DNA of 64,000 bases from contig CAVVHE010000008.1 of NCBI GenBank assembly GCA_963748015.1, forward strand, positions 320,001-384,000, read 5' to 3'. Positions 29,957-40,668 of the stretch are shown here, one piece after another. The stretch is from Terriglobia bacterium. Its GTDB lineage: Bacteria; Acidobacteriota; Polarisedimenticolia; Polarisedimenticolales; JAIQFR01. The notes beneath the pieces were generated by a model that was given only the letters and a program-made list of their open reading frames with translations, was not told the origin of the DNA and searched no databases. The first letter of the stretch is position 1. Each line of letters starts with the position of its first letter. The position numbers and the translations under genes were made by a program.

Positions 29957-31241
29957 TCGCGACTCCCGCGGCGCGATCCCCGCCGCCCGGCGAAACGTAT
30001 TCGGTCCCCGTGAGCGGCTCGAGGGCGGCCAGCGCGCGGATTCTCTCGGCGCGCAGCGTCTCGAGGTCCCTCTCGTAGCCGAGGAACGCGCGGAAGTCCT
30101 CGATCAGCGTGACGAACTCCGCCCGCCCGGCGGAGTAGGCCGCGGCCGCCGAGTCGAGGGTGCTGCGCGCCAAGGGCAGCGTGCCCTCCGCGGTCAGGCG
30201 CATCTGCTCCGAGGCCCGGGAGGCCCGGGCGAGCAGGGTCCGGACCTCCGCGAGCAGCGTGACGCCGCGGCCGTCGAGGTCCCGCCCGGTCGCCTCGAGT
30301 TCGAGCTCGCTCTGGGCCACCGCTTCCTTCTGCTTGCGGTTCTTGTAGAGCGGGAGCTTGATCCCGAACATCCCCATCACCATCGGGTCGAGCGATCCCC
30401 GGTTCGCGTACCCCGCTCCCCACGTGAAGTCGGGCTTCGAGGCCTTCTTCGCGAGGGTCACCCGGCTTTCGTCCCGGCGAATGGCCGCGCGCAGGGCCAT
30501 GAGCTCCGGGGAGCGCTCGAGCGCGGCCGCCTCCGCCGACGCGGCGTCGGGAATCTCGCCGGACGGGGCCGCCGACGCAGGACCGAAGGGCTCGTTCCCC
30601 GATGAGCCGAGAAGAGCGGCTAGCGACGCGGCGGCGCCGCTCCGCTCCTCGGCGAGTCCCGCCAGCTCGACGTCGAGGCGCACCAGCTCCGTCTCGGCCT
30701 TGAGGACGTTCTCGAGGATCCCCTGACCCGTCTCCAGCCTGGCGCGCGCCGCGTCGCGGTAGGCGAGGAGCAGCTTCCGGCTCTCCTCGAGGATGGACGA
30801 CGTCCGGTCGATACGGTGCAGCTCGACGTAGGACTCCTTCACGGCGGCCCGCACGCCGAGCCTCGCGATCTCGACCGCCTGCTGCGAGACGCCGATCTCG
30901 GAGCGGGCCACGTCGCCGGCGAGCTGCCGCTTGCCCGGGTACGGCACGTCCTGAATCCACGAGAAGGTGAGGTTCGACATCTCGCTCGTGCCCAGGGTGA
31001 ACTCGTTGAACGTCTCGTTGGTGAGGGAGACGCTGACCGTGGGGTCCGGCAGCGCCTCCAGCTGGGAGGGGACGTGCTTCAGGGCTTCGACTCGCGTGCG
31101 GGCCGCCAGGATCTCCGGGTTCGACGCATCGGCGCGGGAGAGCAGCTCGGCGAGGTCGGCCGGAGGCGGCTCCGCCGCGGCCGGGACGATCGAGATCCCG
31201 GAGGCGAGGAACGTCAGGGCCACGAGGAACGGCGTTCGCAT
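29949..31241 (-). CDS. TolC-family outer-membrane efflux protein (CusC role)
   Basis: Signal peptide; NPEILAA, LPDP, Q..PYPGKR, AAYSAG; sits directly upstream of cusB. Confidence 0.9.
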   Translation of the reverse strand: MRTPFLVALTFLASGISIVPAAAEPPPADLAELLSRADASNPEILAARTRVEALKHVPSQLEALPDPTVSVSLTNETFNEFTLGTSEMSNLTFSWIQDVPYPGKRQLAGDVARSEIGVSQQAVEIARLGVRAAVKESYVELHRIDRTSSILEESRKLLLAYRDAARARLETGQGILENVLKAETELVRLDVELAGLAEERSGAAASLAALLGSSGNEPFGPASAAPSGEIPDAASAEAAALERSPELMALRAAIRRDESRVTLAKKASKPDFTWGAGYANRGSLDPMVMGMFGIKLPLYKNRKQKEAVAQSELELEATGRDLDGRGVTLLAEVRTLLARASRASEQMRLTAEGTLPLARSTLDSAAAAYSAGRAEFVTLIEDFRAFLGYERDLETLRAERIRALAALEPLTGTEYVSPGGGDRAAGVANE

Positions 31242-31251
31242 CCGGCCTCTC

Positions 31252-31740
31252 CTAGCGCGTCGCCGACTGCAGCTCGGCGAACGTCGTCAGCGCGCCACCG
31301 TGGGCCCGCGCGAAGGTCTCGGCCTTGGCCTTGGACCCGAACGCGAGCAGGCTGGGAAGGCAGCGGTCGTACTCCGTCTTCAAGCAGCAGCCCCGCTCGT
31401 CCCTGGGCGGGGACCCCGCCGTCGCGGCGCAGGGCGAGACGTCGCTCCCCTCGACGTAGATCGCGCGGGTGGCGTCGATGCGCTCCGCGGTGTCGAAGTC
31501 CTTCACCGCGAGCGATGCCACCGCCGGGTGCGGGCGGGCGAGGTAGTGGAGCGCGCAGCGCGGGCAACAGGTCTGGACCAGGGAGCCGTTCTGGAGCCGC
31601 ACGTCGAAGGAGAGGTTGCGGCACTCGGCCCGTCCGCATTGCTCGCAGAACCTCGCCTCGCCCGAGCAAGCCGCCGCGACCGCCGTCATCGTGGCGGCCA
31701 GGAACAAACTCCGCAGGATCGAGAACCGGGACCGACGCAT
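31252..31740 (-). CDS. NosL-like Cys-rich lipoprotein
   Basis: GGAGG RBS; lipobox AAAC; CEQCG, TCCPRC, VKDF..IDATRAIYVEGSDV, AF...A..FA..HGG. Confidence 0.7.
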   Translation of the reverse strand: MRRSRFSILRSLFLAATMTAVAAACSGEARFCEQCGRAECRNLSFDVRLQNGSLVQTCCPRCALHYLARPHPAVASLAVKDFDTAERIDATRAIYVEGSDVSPCAATAGSPPRDERGCCLKTEYDRCLPSLLAFGSKAKAETFARAHGGALTTFAELQSATR

Positions 31741-31769
31741 GGAGACCTCCGACGCACGACGGGACATCC

Positions 31770-31785
31770 AGCAACCGCCGTGCCA
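31770..31785 (-). promoter_or_regulatory. Sigma54 promoter of the nosL-like/cus operon
   Basis: Consensus TGGCAC-GGCGG-TTGCT; TGT-N10-ACA element at 31858-31873. Confidence 0.8.
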
Positions 31786-31927
31786 CGCACGATCGGCTCG
31801 TTTCCCGCCGAATCCGCGCACGCCCGGTCTTCGAATCGTCCGACCTGCATCAGTCGCTGTCTGATATGCCACAACCGGGTCGCCGCGCGCCGCGTTCGCT
31901 TGCCTCTCGCTTCGGTCGAAGTCCCGG

Positions 31928-34799
31928 TCAGCGGCTCGCGGCGTCGCGGAGGAGCGGAATCCGAAACTCGTACGCGCCGGATGCGACCTCGACCACGAAG
32001 CGCCGCGCCGGCCCGGCGCCGGACCAGCCGCCGAGGCGCACGCCCGGAGAGGAGGCGAGCGGATGCCCCGACTCGAGCACCTGCGCGACGTCGGCGTCGG
32101 TCGCGACGGGGAGCTCCACCCGTCCGGCCGTTCCCGGCGGCACCTCGACGCTCCAGACCAGGCCGTCGGGGCCCCGCTTCCACGAGCTGCGCACGGTCCC
32201 CTCGGGCGCCTCGCGCTCGGCGCGTGCCCACGCGAGCCCCGACCCGGTGAACGCACGGAATTCGAAGGGCCCGTCCGGCGCGGCGCGCCCGGCGAGGCCG
32301 GCGACGTCCGAGAACAGCCACGGGTCGAAGGCGGCGTGCATCGGGTGCGACATCGAGCCGCGGTAGCTCGCGTAGTCGCGCGGCCAGCATTCCCACAGCG
32401 TCGTTGCCCCGAGGTCGAGCAGCGCGCGGTAGCTCGGCAGCTCCGGCTTCGTCAGGAGGCGGACGGCGGCATCTCCCTCGCCGTTCCGGTTGAGCACCTC
32501 GAGCACCGCCGGCGTGCCGAAGATGCCCGCGTCGAAGCGGCGCCCGCCGTCCACCGCTCGCCGGAGCGCTTCCCAGAGCGCGGCGGCCCGCGCGGCGTCG
32601 GGGGCGAAGGGCCAGGCGATCGCGAGCGCCGCCTGCGAGCGCGCGCCGGGTCCCGGCGGGGACGTCACGGCGTCCGCCAGCGCCTGCGCGGCCGCGGCGC
32701 GCTCCACGGCGTAGCGGCGCTCGTCCTCCGGCCGTCCGAGGAGCCGGGCGGCTCGCGCCATCACGTCGAGGCACCGCACCAGCATCGCCGTGGACGTGAC
32801 CGGGACCTCTCTCGTTCCGCCCCACCGCTCGACGCCGGCCCAGCAGAACGAGGGAGAGCTCCAGTCGCCCAGCCCCTTGCGCAGCAGCCCGTCGTCCGAG
32901 CGCTCCGACAGGAGAGAATCCGGTCCACCGCCGCATCGCGTCGTAGAACGGCGCCAGTTCGCCGGGGTTTCCGGTCGCGCACGCGACGCTCCAGGGAACG
33001 AACACGAGCGCGGAGCCCCAGTCGGGGGTCGCCATGCCGATCGTGCGCTTGCCCGGCGCGATCATGTGAGGGATGCCGGCGGGTTTCTCGCGCTCCGCGC
33101 GGTCGAGGAACCCGAGCCCGAACGCGAGGGTGCGCTCGGCTGCCCGCCCGCCCGTGATCATGTCGCCGGTGTACTTGCGGAGGAACGCCGCCGCGTCGAG
33201 GTTCGACAGCAGCACCGGCGCGAGCACGTGCGCGTCGCCCGTCCAGCCGCAGCGCTCGCGCACGGGACAGTCGGTCGGCACCCCGTGCAGGTTCGCGACG
33301 ACCGTGCGGAGCGCGGCATCGTGAAGGCGGTTCAGCTCGGGATCGGCGCAGCTGAACGATCCCGCGCGCGCCAGGTCGGTGTGAACCGGGATCGCGCTCA
33401 GCGTGCCGGCCACCGGCGCCTCGAGCAGGCGGCCCGACTGGACGCTCAGCTCCACGAACTGGAAACCGTGATAGGTGAACCGGGGCTCCCACGTCTCGCC
33501 CCCGGCGTCGCCGCGGGCGGTGTAGACGTCGGTCTGCTCGACCTTCGTGGCCTCGATGCCGGTCGTGATCGGGTCCAGCCCGCCGTCCGCCGCACGCTTC
33601 TCGGCGAACCGCAGCTCGATCCGGGTGCCGGCCTCGGCGCGCACGGAGAGGCGGCACCAGCCGGCCAGGTTCGCGCCGAAGTCGTAGATCCAACGCCCCG
33701 GACCGAAAGGCACGATCGAGCGCGGCGCGACGGGCGCGCCGCGGCGCGCCGGCGGGCACGCCTGCGCCACCAGCTCGCCTCCGGGCGCCTCGAGCGGGAC
33801 CACCGGCTGCCAGGCGCCCCGCGCCTCGCCCGGCCCCGCCCAGCCGGGAACCTCCCCTCGCGCGTCGTGGACCTCGCCCGCGTAGACGTTCGCGGCACGG
33901 ACCGGGCCCGGCCGCCCGCGCCACGACAGATCGGCGGGGACGCTCGTCGAGGTGCCGTCGGGATGCTCGAGGACGAGCTGCATGCGCAGGCGCGGCTCGC
34001 CGTACGACAGTCCGCGCGGGCCCCAGACCCGGTTCTGGTTGAACCACCCGTCTCCGAGCGCGACGCCCACGACGAGCCGGCCCGGCGGGCCGGCGAGCAC
34101 AGCCTTCGAGACGTCGTGGGCGACGTAGAACACCCGCTCGCCGTAGTCGGTCTGCGCGGGGTCGAGGACGTGGTCGCCGATGCGCTGCCCGTTGACCCAC
34201 AGCTCGTGCCATCCGAGGCCGCACACGTACGCGCGGGCGGACACCACCGGCCGGGTCAGCGCGACCTCGCCGCGGAGGAGCGCTTCGGCATCGCCGCGCG
34301 CCGCGGCCGGCAGGCCGATCCAGGGGCCCGTCCAGTCGCCGGGCTCGAGCAGTCCCGTCTCGAACCACGACGGCTCCGACCACGGCCCCGGCCCGCCCTC
34401 CGCCGTCCAGGCGCGCACCCGCCAGTACACGCGCTCGCCCGATCGCGGCGGGCGCGCCGGAGCGTAGGCGCACGCGAGGGAGCGGCCGTCCACCCGTCCC
34501 GAGTCCCAGGACACGGCGCGCCCGGCGCGCAGCGCCGCTTCCGAGGGCGCGGCCTGCACCTGGTACGCGACCGGGTCCGCGCCCCGCCGAGAGGGGGACG
34601 GCGGCCACCGCCACGTCAGGCGCGGTCGCGGGGTCTGCAAGCCGAGCGGGGCCGCTTCACCGTCGGCCCGAAGCCCCACGGGGGCCGCCGGCGGCGCGCC
34701 GCACCCCGCGATCAGCGCCGCCAGCACGATCAGTGGCAGGGCGGCGATCGCGGTCGCAGCGCGGCGCCGGCACCCGCTAGCAGAGCCCTGGCTCGGCAT
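31928..34799 (-). CDS. GH78 alpha-L-rhamnosidase-like lipoprotein; apparent frameshift near 32911-32918
   Basis: WDSGRV, YDFGANLAG, PRFTYHGFQF, PTDCPVRERCGWTGD; after one extra base the 31928..32785 frame continues GLGDW..GATTLWECW..SMSHPM. Confidence 0.85.
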
Positions 34800-34809
34800 T
34801 CGGGAGCTC

Positions 34810-37326
34810 CTATCGCGAGGCGTCGGGCGCCCGCGCGCGGCGGACCGGAGGGGGCATCTCGGACCCGGCGCCGCGGACCGACTTCCAGAGGATGCGGTTC
34901 AGCTCGAGCTCCGGGGCGAGATCGGCTTCCGCGAGCTCCATGTCCGCCGAGGCCTCGGCGCCGTAGGCGTCGGAGGCGTTCTTCTCGTCGAGGGGGATGC
35001 GCGGCTCGAGATGGGTGTAGGGCGCGAGCACCGGCTTCGCCTGGAACGCGCCGTACATCGGCGTCGCGGAGGCGTCGTACTGGCTCATCGGAGGGAGCCC
35101 CAGGATCAGCTCGATCGTGCGCAGCATCCCCGAGGTCGTGTACGGCGTGCCGTCCACGACCCCGCGCCGCGCGTAGGGGCTCGCGACGAGGGCGACGGAC
35201 CGGTGGGCGTCCACGTGATCGGGGCCGCTCTGCGCGTCGTCCTCGAGGACGAGGACGGCCGATTCCTTCCAGACCTTGCTCGTCGAGATCGCCTCCACGA
35301 CGCGCCCGAGGGCCAGGTCGTTCTCGGCGACCATCGCGCGCGGCGTCGGGAACCCCGCGCGGGTCCCGGCCGTGTGGTCGTTCCCGAGGCGGATGATCGA
35401 GAGCCGCGGCACCGTTCCCGCGGCGTCCATGGCGCGGAACTCCGCGAGCCAGACGTCCACGCGCCGGTTGTCGGGGATCTTGAGGTCGTACGGCGGGTAG
35501 TCGGGGTTCACGAGCCCCTCGAGCCCCGGAACCGTCGCCACGACCTTCCCTTCGCCCGTGTCGTGCTCGTCCTCCGGCTCCGGCCCGCGCATGGCGAACT
35601 CGCCGTAGCTTCGCACGCTGACGCCGGCGCGCGTGCACGCGTCCCAGATGTACCCGCCGGCGGGCGCCGTGATGTTGCCGAAGGGGTTCCGTGCCGCGCC
35701 GCCGCCCTCGCTCAGGTAGCGGCCCCCCCGGTGGGCGTAGTTGGTCGGCCACATCTTCTCGATGTAGTCCGTCGCGTAGGCCGCCGTGGAGAACGCGTGC
35801 CCGTCGTAGCTCACCTCCGCGTCCACGAAGAACGCGTCGAGCGTGACGAACGCGCGCGCGATCGCGTGCGCGTTCGGCGTCACGTCCTCGCCGAAGATGG
35901 CGAGGCCCGGGTCGCCGTCGCCGCGGCCGAGATCGCCGAGGACCTGGTCGAACGTCCGGTTCTCGCGGATGACGTAGAAGACATGCCGGATCGGCGACGG
36001 CGCGCCCACCTTGGCCGGGATCGGCGAGCCCGGGGGAGCCGAGGCCGGCGCCAGGCGCGTCGCGTCGCTGTACGGGGTGAGGGCGTAAACGGTCTTCGTG
36101 TATGCCGCGAGCGCCGCGGGGTCGGGGTAGGGGAGAATGGACAGGGATCCCTGCAGCAGCCGCCCGATGTACTGCCCCTCGGGCCCCGGGATGCCGGGAT
36201 GGCCCGCGCGCGGGTTGGCCTGCGACGTCAGCCCTTTCCCGCTCAGGACGTACACCTTCGACCCGTCCCGGCAGAATTTCACGCCGGTGGGGTACCAGCC
36301 GGTCGGGATGAAGCCCAAGACCCGCGAATCTCCCGGCCGCGAGATGTCCACGGCCGCGACGGCGTTGTTGTCCGCGTTGGCGGCGAGCAGCGTCTTCCCG
36401 TCCGGCGAGACGTCGAGCGCGTTCGGCGTGCTGCCGGCCGGCGCTCCGGGATAGAGCGCGACCGAGATCTGCTCGGCGGCCGCGCGCCTTTCGAGGTCGA
36501 TCGCCCAGACCGAATTCGTGTTGGCGCACGCCACGAACAGCCGCCGCCCGTCGCGCGAGAAGGCCATCGCGTTCGGGTGCTCGCCGACCGCGATCTCTCC
36601 CTTGGGCTCGAGCGTCTTCGCGTCGAAGACGAGCACCCGCGCGCCGCCCCAGAGCGAGACGTACACCGCGGCGCCGTCGCGGCTCACGAGGCACGTGTAC
36701 GGCTCGGCCGAGAGCTTGCGCGTCGCGACCACGCCGCCGGACTCGAGGTCCACCGAGGTCAGCGCCGTGCCGAGGACATGAACCGCGTACAGGGTCTTCC
36801 CGTCGGGGGAGACGGCGAGACCGCCGACGAACCCCTTCTCGTTCGCGTCCTGCTTCTCGCCGGCGGCCGCGATCCGCGCGATCGCGATCGTGCGCGCGAC
36901 GGCCAGGCGGCCCTTCTTGTCCGCCAGCTCGAGCACCGCGTCCTGCGCGGCCCCCGAGGAATAGAGCCGCTTGCCGTCCGGGTGCCAGGCGAGCCCGAGC
37001 CAGGCGTGGTCCATCGAGACCGTGTAGCGCACTAGCCCTTTCTCGAGGTCCACCACGGTGAGCGTCGGCTTCTCCATGCCGTTGTTGGACACGACGAGCG
37101 AGCGGCCGTCGGGCGTCTCGAGCATCGCGAGGGGAAGGTCGCCGATCGGGATGTGGCGCCCGGCGGGGGCGATCTTCCAGCCGTTGGGGAGGAGGACGAC
37201 GCCGCGGCCCCGGCTGCCCGGCTGGGCGGACTTCACCGTCCCGCTCTCCGGGGCCGCGCCCGCCGTCGGGAAGAAACCGGTGGCCAGGACCGCGACGAGA
37301 GCGAGACCGCCGCGACGGCTTCTCAC
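34810..37326 (-). CDS. YncE/YVTN beta-propeller fused to a phosphoesterase domain
   Basis: LPNGWKIAPAG, GFIPTGWYP, HVFYVIRENRTFDQVLGD, NDHTAG, EDDAQSGPDHVDAHRS. Confidence 0.9.
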   Translation of the reverse strand: MRSRRGGLALVAVLATGFFPTAGAAPESGTVKSAQPGSRGRGVVLLPNGWKIAPAGRHIPIGDLPLAMLETPDGRSLVVSNNGMEKPTLTVVDLEKGLVRYTVSMDHAWLGLAWHPDGKRLYSSGAAQDAVLELADKKGRLAVARTIAIARIAAAGEKQDANEKGFVGGLAVSPDGKTLYAVHVLGTALTSVDLESGGVVATRKLSAEPYTCLVSRDGAAVYVSLWGGARVLVFDAKTLEPKGEIAVGEHPNAMAFSRDGRRLFVACANTNSVWAIDLERRAAAEQISVALYPGAPAGSTPNALDVSPDGKTLLAANADNNAVAAVDISRPGDSRVLGFIPTGWYPTGVKFCRDGSKVYVLSGKGLTSQANPRAGHPGIPGPEGQYIGRLLQGSLSILPYPDPAALAAYTKTVYALTPYSDATRLAPASAPPGSPIPAKVGAPSPIRHVFYVIRENRTFDQVLGDLGRGDGDPGLAIFGEDVTPNAHAIARAFVTLDAFFVDAEVSYDGHAFSTAAYATDYIEKMWPTNYAHRGGRYLSEGGGAARNPFGNITAPAGGYIWDACTRAGVSVRSYGEFAMRGPEPEDEHDTGEGKVVATVPGLEGLVNPDYPPYDLKIPDNRRVDVWLAEFRAMDAAGTVPRLSIIRLGNDHTAGTRAGFPTPRAMVAENDLALGRVVEAISTSKVWKESAVLVLEDDAQSGPDHVDAHRSVALVASPYARRGVVDGTPYTTSGMLRTIELILGLPPMSQYDASATPMYGAFQAKPVLAPYTHLEPRIPLDEKNASDAYGAEASADMELAEADLAPELELNRILWKSVRGAGSEMPPPVRRARAPDASR

Positions 37327-37327
37327 G

Positions 37328-37933
37328 TCAGGCCTTCCGGGTGTACTCGATCAGCATCGTGCGGAACATCTTGCCCTTCGGTCCCTTGGTCCACATCTCG
37401 TAGGTGTGGTGGTCGCGGTCCTTGACGAGGACCTTGGACGTGAAGCGCACGCGCTTGCCGGAGGGCTCGAAGGCCACCAGCTCGGATTCCATCTTCTTGT
37501 CCGTCGGCTTGCCGACGCCGTCGGACGTCATCATCCCGGTGCCGAAGTTGTCCATCCAGGTGCCAATGTACTTTCCCCGGATGTTGTCGTAGGCCGTGTA
37601 GCCGATCCCCTCGAACGGCATGCCCATGGACGTCCCCTCGAACCGCTGCTCGAGGTAGCGGCCGCCGAGCACCCAGCGATTCTCGGATTTCCCCTGGCTG
37701 ACCTCCGGCGGCACGCCGGGCTCCATCACGAACGTCATCCTCGTGTCCCAGGCGCCGACGAACTTCTCGAGGCGCGCGTGGCCCGCGCTCGGGGTCATCG
37801 CCTTCTGCCAGGCGGCCATCATCGCCTGCTCGTCCATGGCCTTCGGGGCGGTCCGCTTCTTCGCCGTATGCTTCACCGGCCGGGCCGGCTTCTTCTTCGC
37901 GGTCTTTCCCTTGCTCTTGTTCGCGATCGCCAT
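37328..37933 (-). CDS. DUF1579-like protein
   Basis: GGAGG RBS; TPSAGHARL..FVGAW, LGGRYL, FEGIGYTAYDN, TWMDNFGT, IEYTR. Confidence 0.8.
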   Translation of the reverse strand: MAIANKSKGKTAKKKPARPVKHTAKKRTAPKAMDEQAMMAAWQKAMTPSAGHARLEKFVGAWDTRMTFVMEPGVPPEVSQGKSENRWVLGGRYLEQRFEGTSMGMPFEGIGYTAYDNIRGKYIGTWMDNFGTGMMTSDGVGKPTDKKMESELVAFEPSGKRVRFTSKVLVKDRDHHTYEMWTKGPKGKMFRTMLIEYTRKA

Positions 37934-38045
37934 CTCTCTACCTCCGTGGAATGGGCCGGCATCGCGGCCGGCCACGACGCGGCCGATTATCGGCCCGGCG
38001 GCCATCCGCCGCAAAGGGAAAGCGACGGAAGCGCCGTCCCGACGA

Positions 38046-38074
38046 TTGACAGAGGAGATCGAGGACCCTAGCTT
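38046..38074 (+). promoter_or_regulatory. Putative sigma70 promoter
   Basis: TTGACA-N17-TAGCTT upstream of ATG38121. Confidence 0.6.
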
Positions 38075-38120
38075 AGGCGCGTCGGCCTGTCCGGCCCGAG
38101 GACCGAGCTTGGCCCGAACG

Positions 38121-39998
38121 ATGCGTGCATTGCTGCCGGTCCTGGCGCTCGCGGCGGTCATCGCCGCGGCGTACGGCCCCTCGCTCCGGGGAGGGTTCGT
38201 CTGGGACGACCGGCCTCTCATCGTGGACAACCACCTCGTCCGCGAGAAGGGGAGCCTCGGTACGCTCCTCACGTCCGGCTTCTGGCAGACCGGCGACCGT
38301 CACGACCGCTTCCGCTCGTTCTTCCGGCCCGCGGTGAGTCTCACCTACGCCGTGGACTACGGGCTGTGGGGGCTCCGCCCGCTCGGGTTCCGCCTCACGA
38401 ACCTCTTCCTGCACCTCCTGTGCTGCTGGCTCGTCTACCGCCTCGCGATGGGCGAGGGGCTCGGGCCGCGAGCCTCGCTCGTGGGCGCGGCGCTCTTCGC
38501 CGCGCACCCGGTTCACGTCGAATCGGTCGCGTGGATCTCCGGCCGCACCGATCTCGTCTGCGCGGCGTTCTTCCTGGGCGCGTTCCTCGCGTACCGGACT
38601 GCGATTGCTTCGGAATCGCGCCGCCTGGCCTGGCGCGGCTTGTCGCTCTCCCTGTTCCTTCTCGCCCTCTTCTCGAAGGAGATGGCGGCGACGCTGCCGC
38701 TCCTGGTCGCCCTCGACGCCTGGCTGCGGACGGGGGGGGGGCGGCGCGGGGCCCGTGCGGGGCTGATCGCGGCGCTGCCGTACCTGGCCGTTCTGGCGCT
38801 TTACCTGCCGCTCCGGCACCTTGCGCTCGGCGCCGAGGCCGAGCCGCTGTACCGGCTGGGGTGGCTCTCCCACGTCGCCACCGCGATCTTCGTGCTCGCG
38901 AGGTACGCGACGCTCCTGATCCTCCCGGTGGGGCTCGACGCCCACTATCCCTATCGCGCCATCGAGACCCTCAGGAGTCCGCTCGTCCTCGTCTCGGTTC
39001 CGCTGCTGGGAGTGGTCGCCTGGCTGGGCGTGAGGCTCCGCCGGCGCGATCCGGGCTCGTGCTTCTGGCTTCTGTGGATCGGCCTCGGTCTCGTTCCGGT
39101 CCTCGCCTTCGGGAAGTTCGGCGACATCCTGCTCGCCGATCGGTTTCTCTATCTTCCCTCGGCGGGGCTGTGCGTCCTGGCGGCGAGGCTCGCGGCACCG
39201 GCGCTCCGCGACGGGGCGGCGCGTTTCCGCCGCGCGATCGTCGCCGGCGCGGCCGCCCTGATCGTGATCCTCCTCGTCGCGCAATCCGGGTTGCGCGCGG
39301 AGGCATGGAAGGACGACCTCACCCTCTTCTCGGGGATGGCGAAGACCTCGCCCGCGTCCGCGATGGTCCGCTCGAATCTCGGCCTCGCCTATTACCGGCG
39401 AGGCGACTACGCGCGCGCCGTCGACGAGTTCGACCTCGCGATCTCGCTCACGCCCGGCTACGCGCTCGCCTTCAACAACAAGGCGGCGGCGCTCGAGCGC
39501 ATGGGCCGCTACCGGGAGGCGCTCGACCAGTACGAGCAGGCGCTGCGCGTCGCCCCCGGACAGGCCGAGGCCCGGATCAACGCCGGGAGCCTCCTGGTCC
39601 GGCTGGGAGAGACCGGCGAAGGGGTAGACCTCCTCTCCGCGGTGGTGCGGGATTACCCGCGATACCCCGCCGCTCTCTACTCCTATGCCAACGCGCTCGA
39701 CACCGTCGGGCGGCGGGACGAGGCGATCCCGTACCTCGAGCGCGCGATCGAGATCGATCCCTTCTACCCGAACTCGTACTACCTGCTCGGGAAGATCTTC
39801 CTCGAGCGAGGGGAAGGCGCCGGGGCAGCGGATTCCATGCGGCGCTTCCTCGACCTCTGGACCGAGCCCGGGATCCACGCGGACGCGGCCCGGCGCGTGA
39901 TCGCGCAGGCGGAGAACGGCAAGGCCGGCAGCGCTCCCGTCAGGCCGGTGGAGCCGGGTCCCTCGGCGACGGAGAGCGATCCGGGGCGGCGGCGATGA
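38121..39998 (+). CDS. TMTC-like GT-C glycosyltransferase with C-terminal TPRs
   Basis: FVWDD, FRP, HPVHVESVAWISGR, SKE, ADRFLYLPS, W.DD.TLF followed by TPR repeats. Confidence 0.9.
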   Translation: MRALLPVLALAAVIAAAYGPSLRGGFVWDDRPLIVDNHLVREKGSLGTLLTSGFWQTGDRHDRFRSFFRPAVSLTYAVDYGLWGLRPLGFRLTNLFLHLLCCWLVYRLAMGEGLGPRASLVGAALFAAHPVHVESVAWISGRTDLVCAAFFLGAFLAYRTAIASESRRLAWRGLSLSLFLLALFSKEMAATLPLLVALDAWLRTGGGRRGARAGLIAALPYLAVLALYLPLRHLALGAEAEPLYRLGWLSHVATAIFVLARYATLLILPVGLDAHYPYRAIETLRSPLVLVSVPLLGVVAWLGVRLRRRDPGSCFWLLWIGLGLVPVLAFGKFGDILLADRFLYLPSAGLCVLAARLAAPALRDGAARFRRAIVAGAAALIVILLVAQSGLRAEAWKDDLTLFSGMAKTSPASAMVRSNLGLAYYRRGDYARAVDEFDLAISLTPGYALAFNNKAAALERMGRYREALDQYEQALRVAPGQAEARINAGSLLVRLGETGEGVDLLSAVVRDYPRYPAALYSYANALDTVGRRDEAIPYLERAIEIDPFYPNSYYLLGKIFLERGEGAGAADSMRRFLDLWTEPGIHADAARRVIAQAENGKAGSAPVRPVEPGPSATESDPGRRR

Positions 39999-40668
39999 AG
40001 AGCCGGTGGGATAGGTAGCTGAGCCGGTCGAGCCGCTTGCTCGTCGTGGCGAGACCCAGCGAGCGCAGGCGCGCTTGGAGATCACCCGCGTCCCAGAGAT
40101 GAAAGCCCGATGGAGCCATCGCGGCCCACTCGCGCGAGCCGCCGAGCCGCACCTTGGCGCCGACGACCAGCCGCTCCTGGATCTCGACGAGGCGGGACTT
40201 CCACCGCGGCTCGGTGACCTGCTCCTTGATGAACAGCGCGCCGCCGGCGGCGAGACGCGCGGCCAGCGCCTCGAGGACGGCCCGCTGCTCGCGAAGCGGG
40301 CGATACAGGAGAACGTCGGCGAGCACGATCGCGTCGAAAGGGCCGAGGGGCGGAGCGGCGATCTCGCCCCGCTCGAACCGGACGTTGGAGAGACCTTCGC
40401 GGCGCGCGACTTCCCGGCCCACGCGGAGGCGGTCCTCGAGCAGGTCGATGCCGAGAATGTCCCTTCCCGGCTCCCCGTCCGCCGCGAGGATCGCGAGGAG
40501 GCCATGGCCGCAGCCGGCGTCGAGGATGCGGCCGTTCTTCGGAAGCTCCTCCTCGACGCGGCGGAAGTGGGGGAAGCCGAGACACCGGAAGGCGAGGTAG
40601 GCCGCGGCGCCGGGAGACACGCGCGCGTAACGCGCCAGCCACGCGGGCAGGGACCGCTTCCCTCTCAC
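39940..40668 (-). CDS. Class I SAM-dependent methyltransferase
   Basis: ILDAGCGHG, FDAIVLADVL, LAAGG; GTG start overlaps the upstream TGA. Confidence 0.85.
   Translation of the reverse strand: MRGKRSLPAWLARYARVSPGAAAYLAFRCLGFPHFRRVEEELPKNGRILDAGCGHGLLAILAADGEPGRDILGIDLLEDRLRVGREVARREGLSNVRFERGEIAAPPLGPFDAIVLADVLLYRPLREQRAVLEALAARLAAGGALFIKEQVTEPRWKSRLVEIQERLVVGAKVRLGGSREWAAMAPSGFHLWDAGDLQARLRSLGLATTSKRLDRLSYLSHRLFIAAAPDRSPSPRDPAPPA

Noticed and set aside
31252..31740. Nitrous oxide reduction cluster, based on the NosL-like gene
   Set aside because: No nosZ/D/F/Y nearby; the context is metal efflux.
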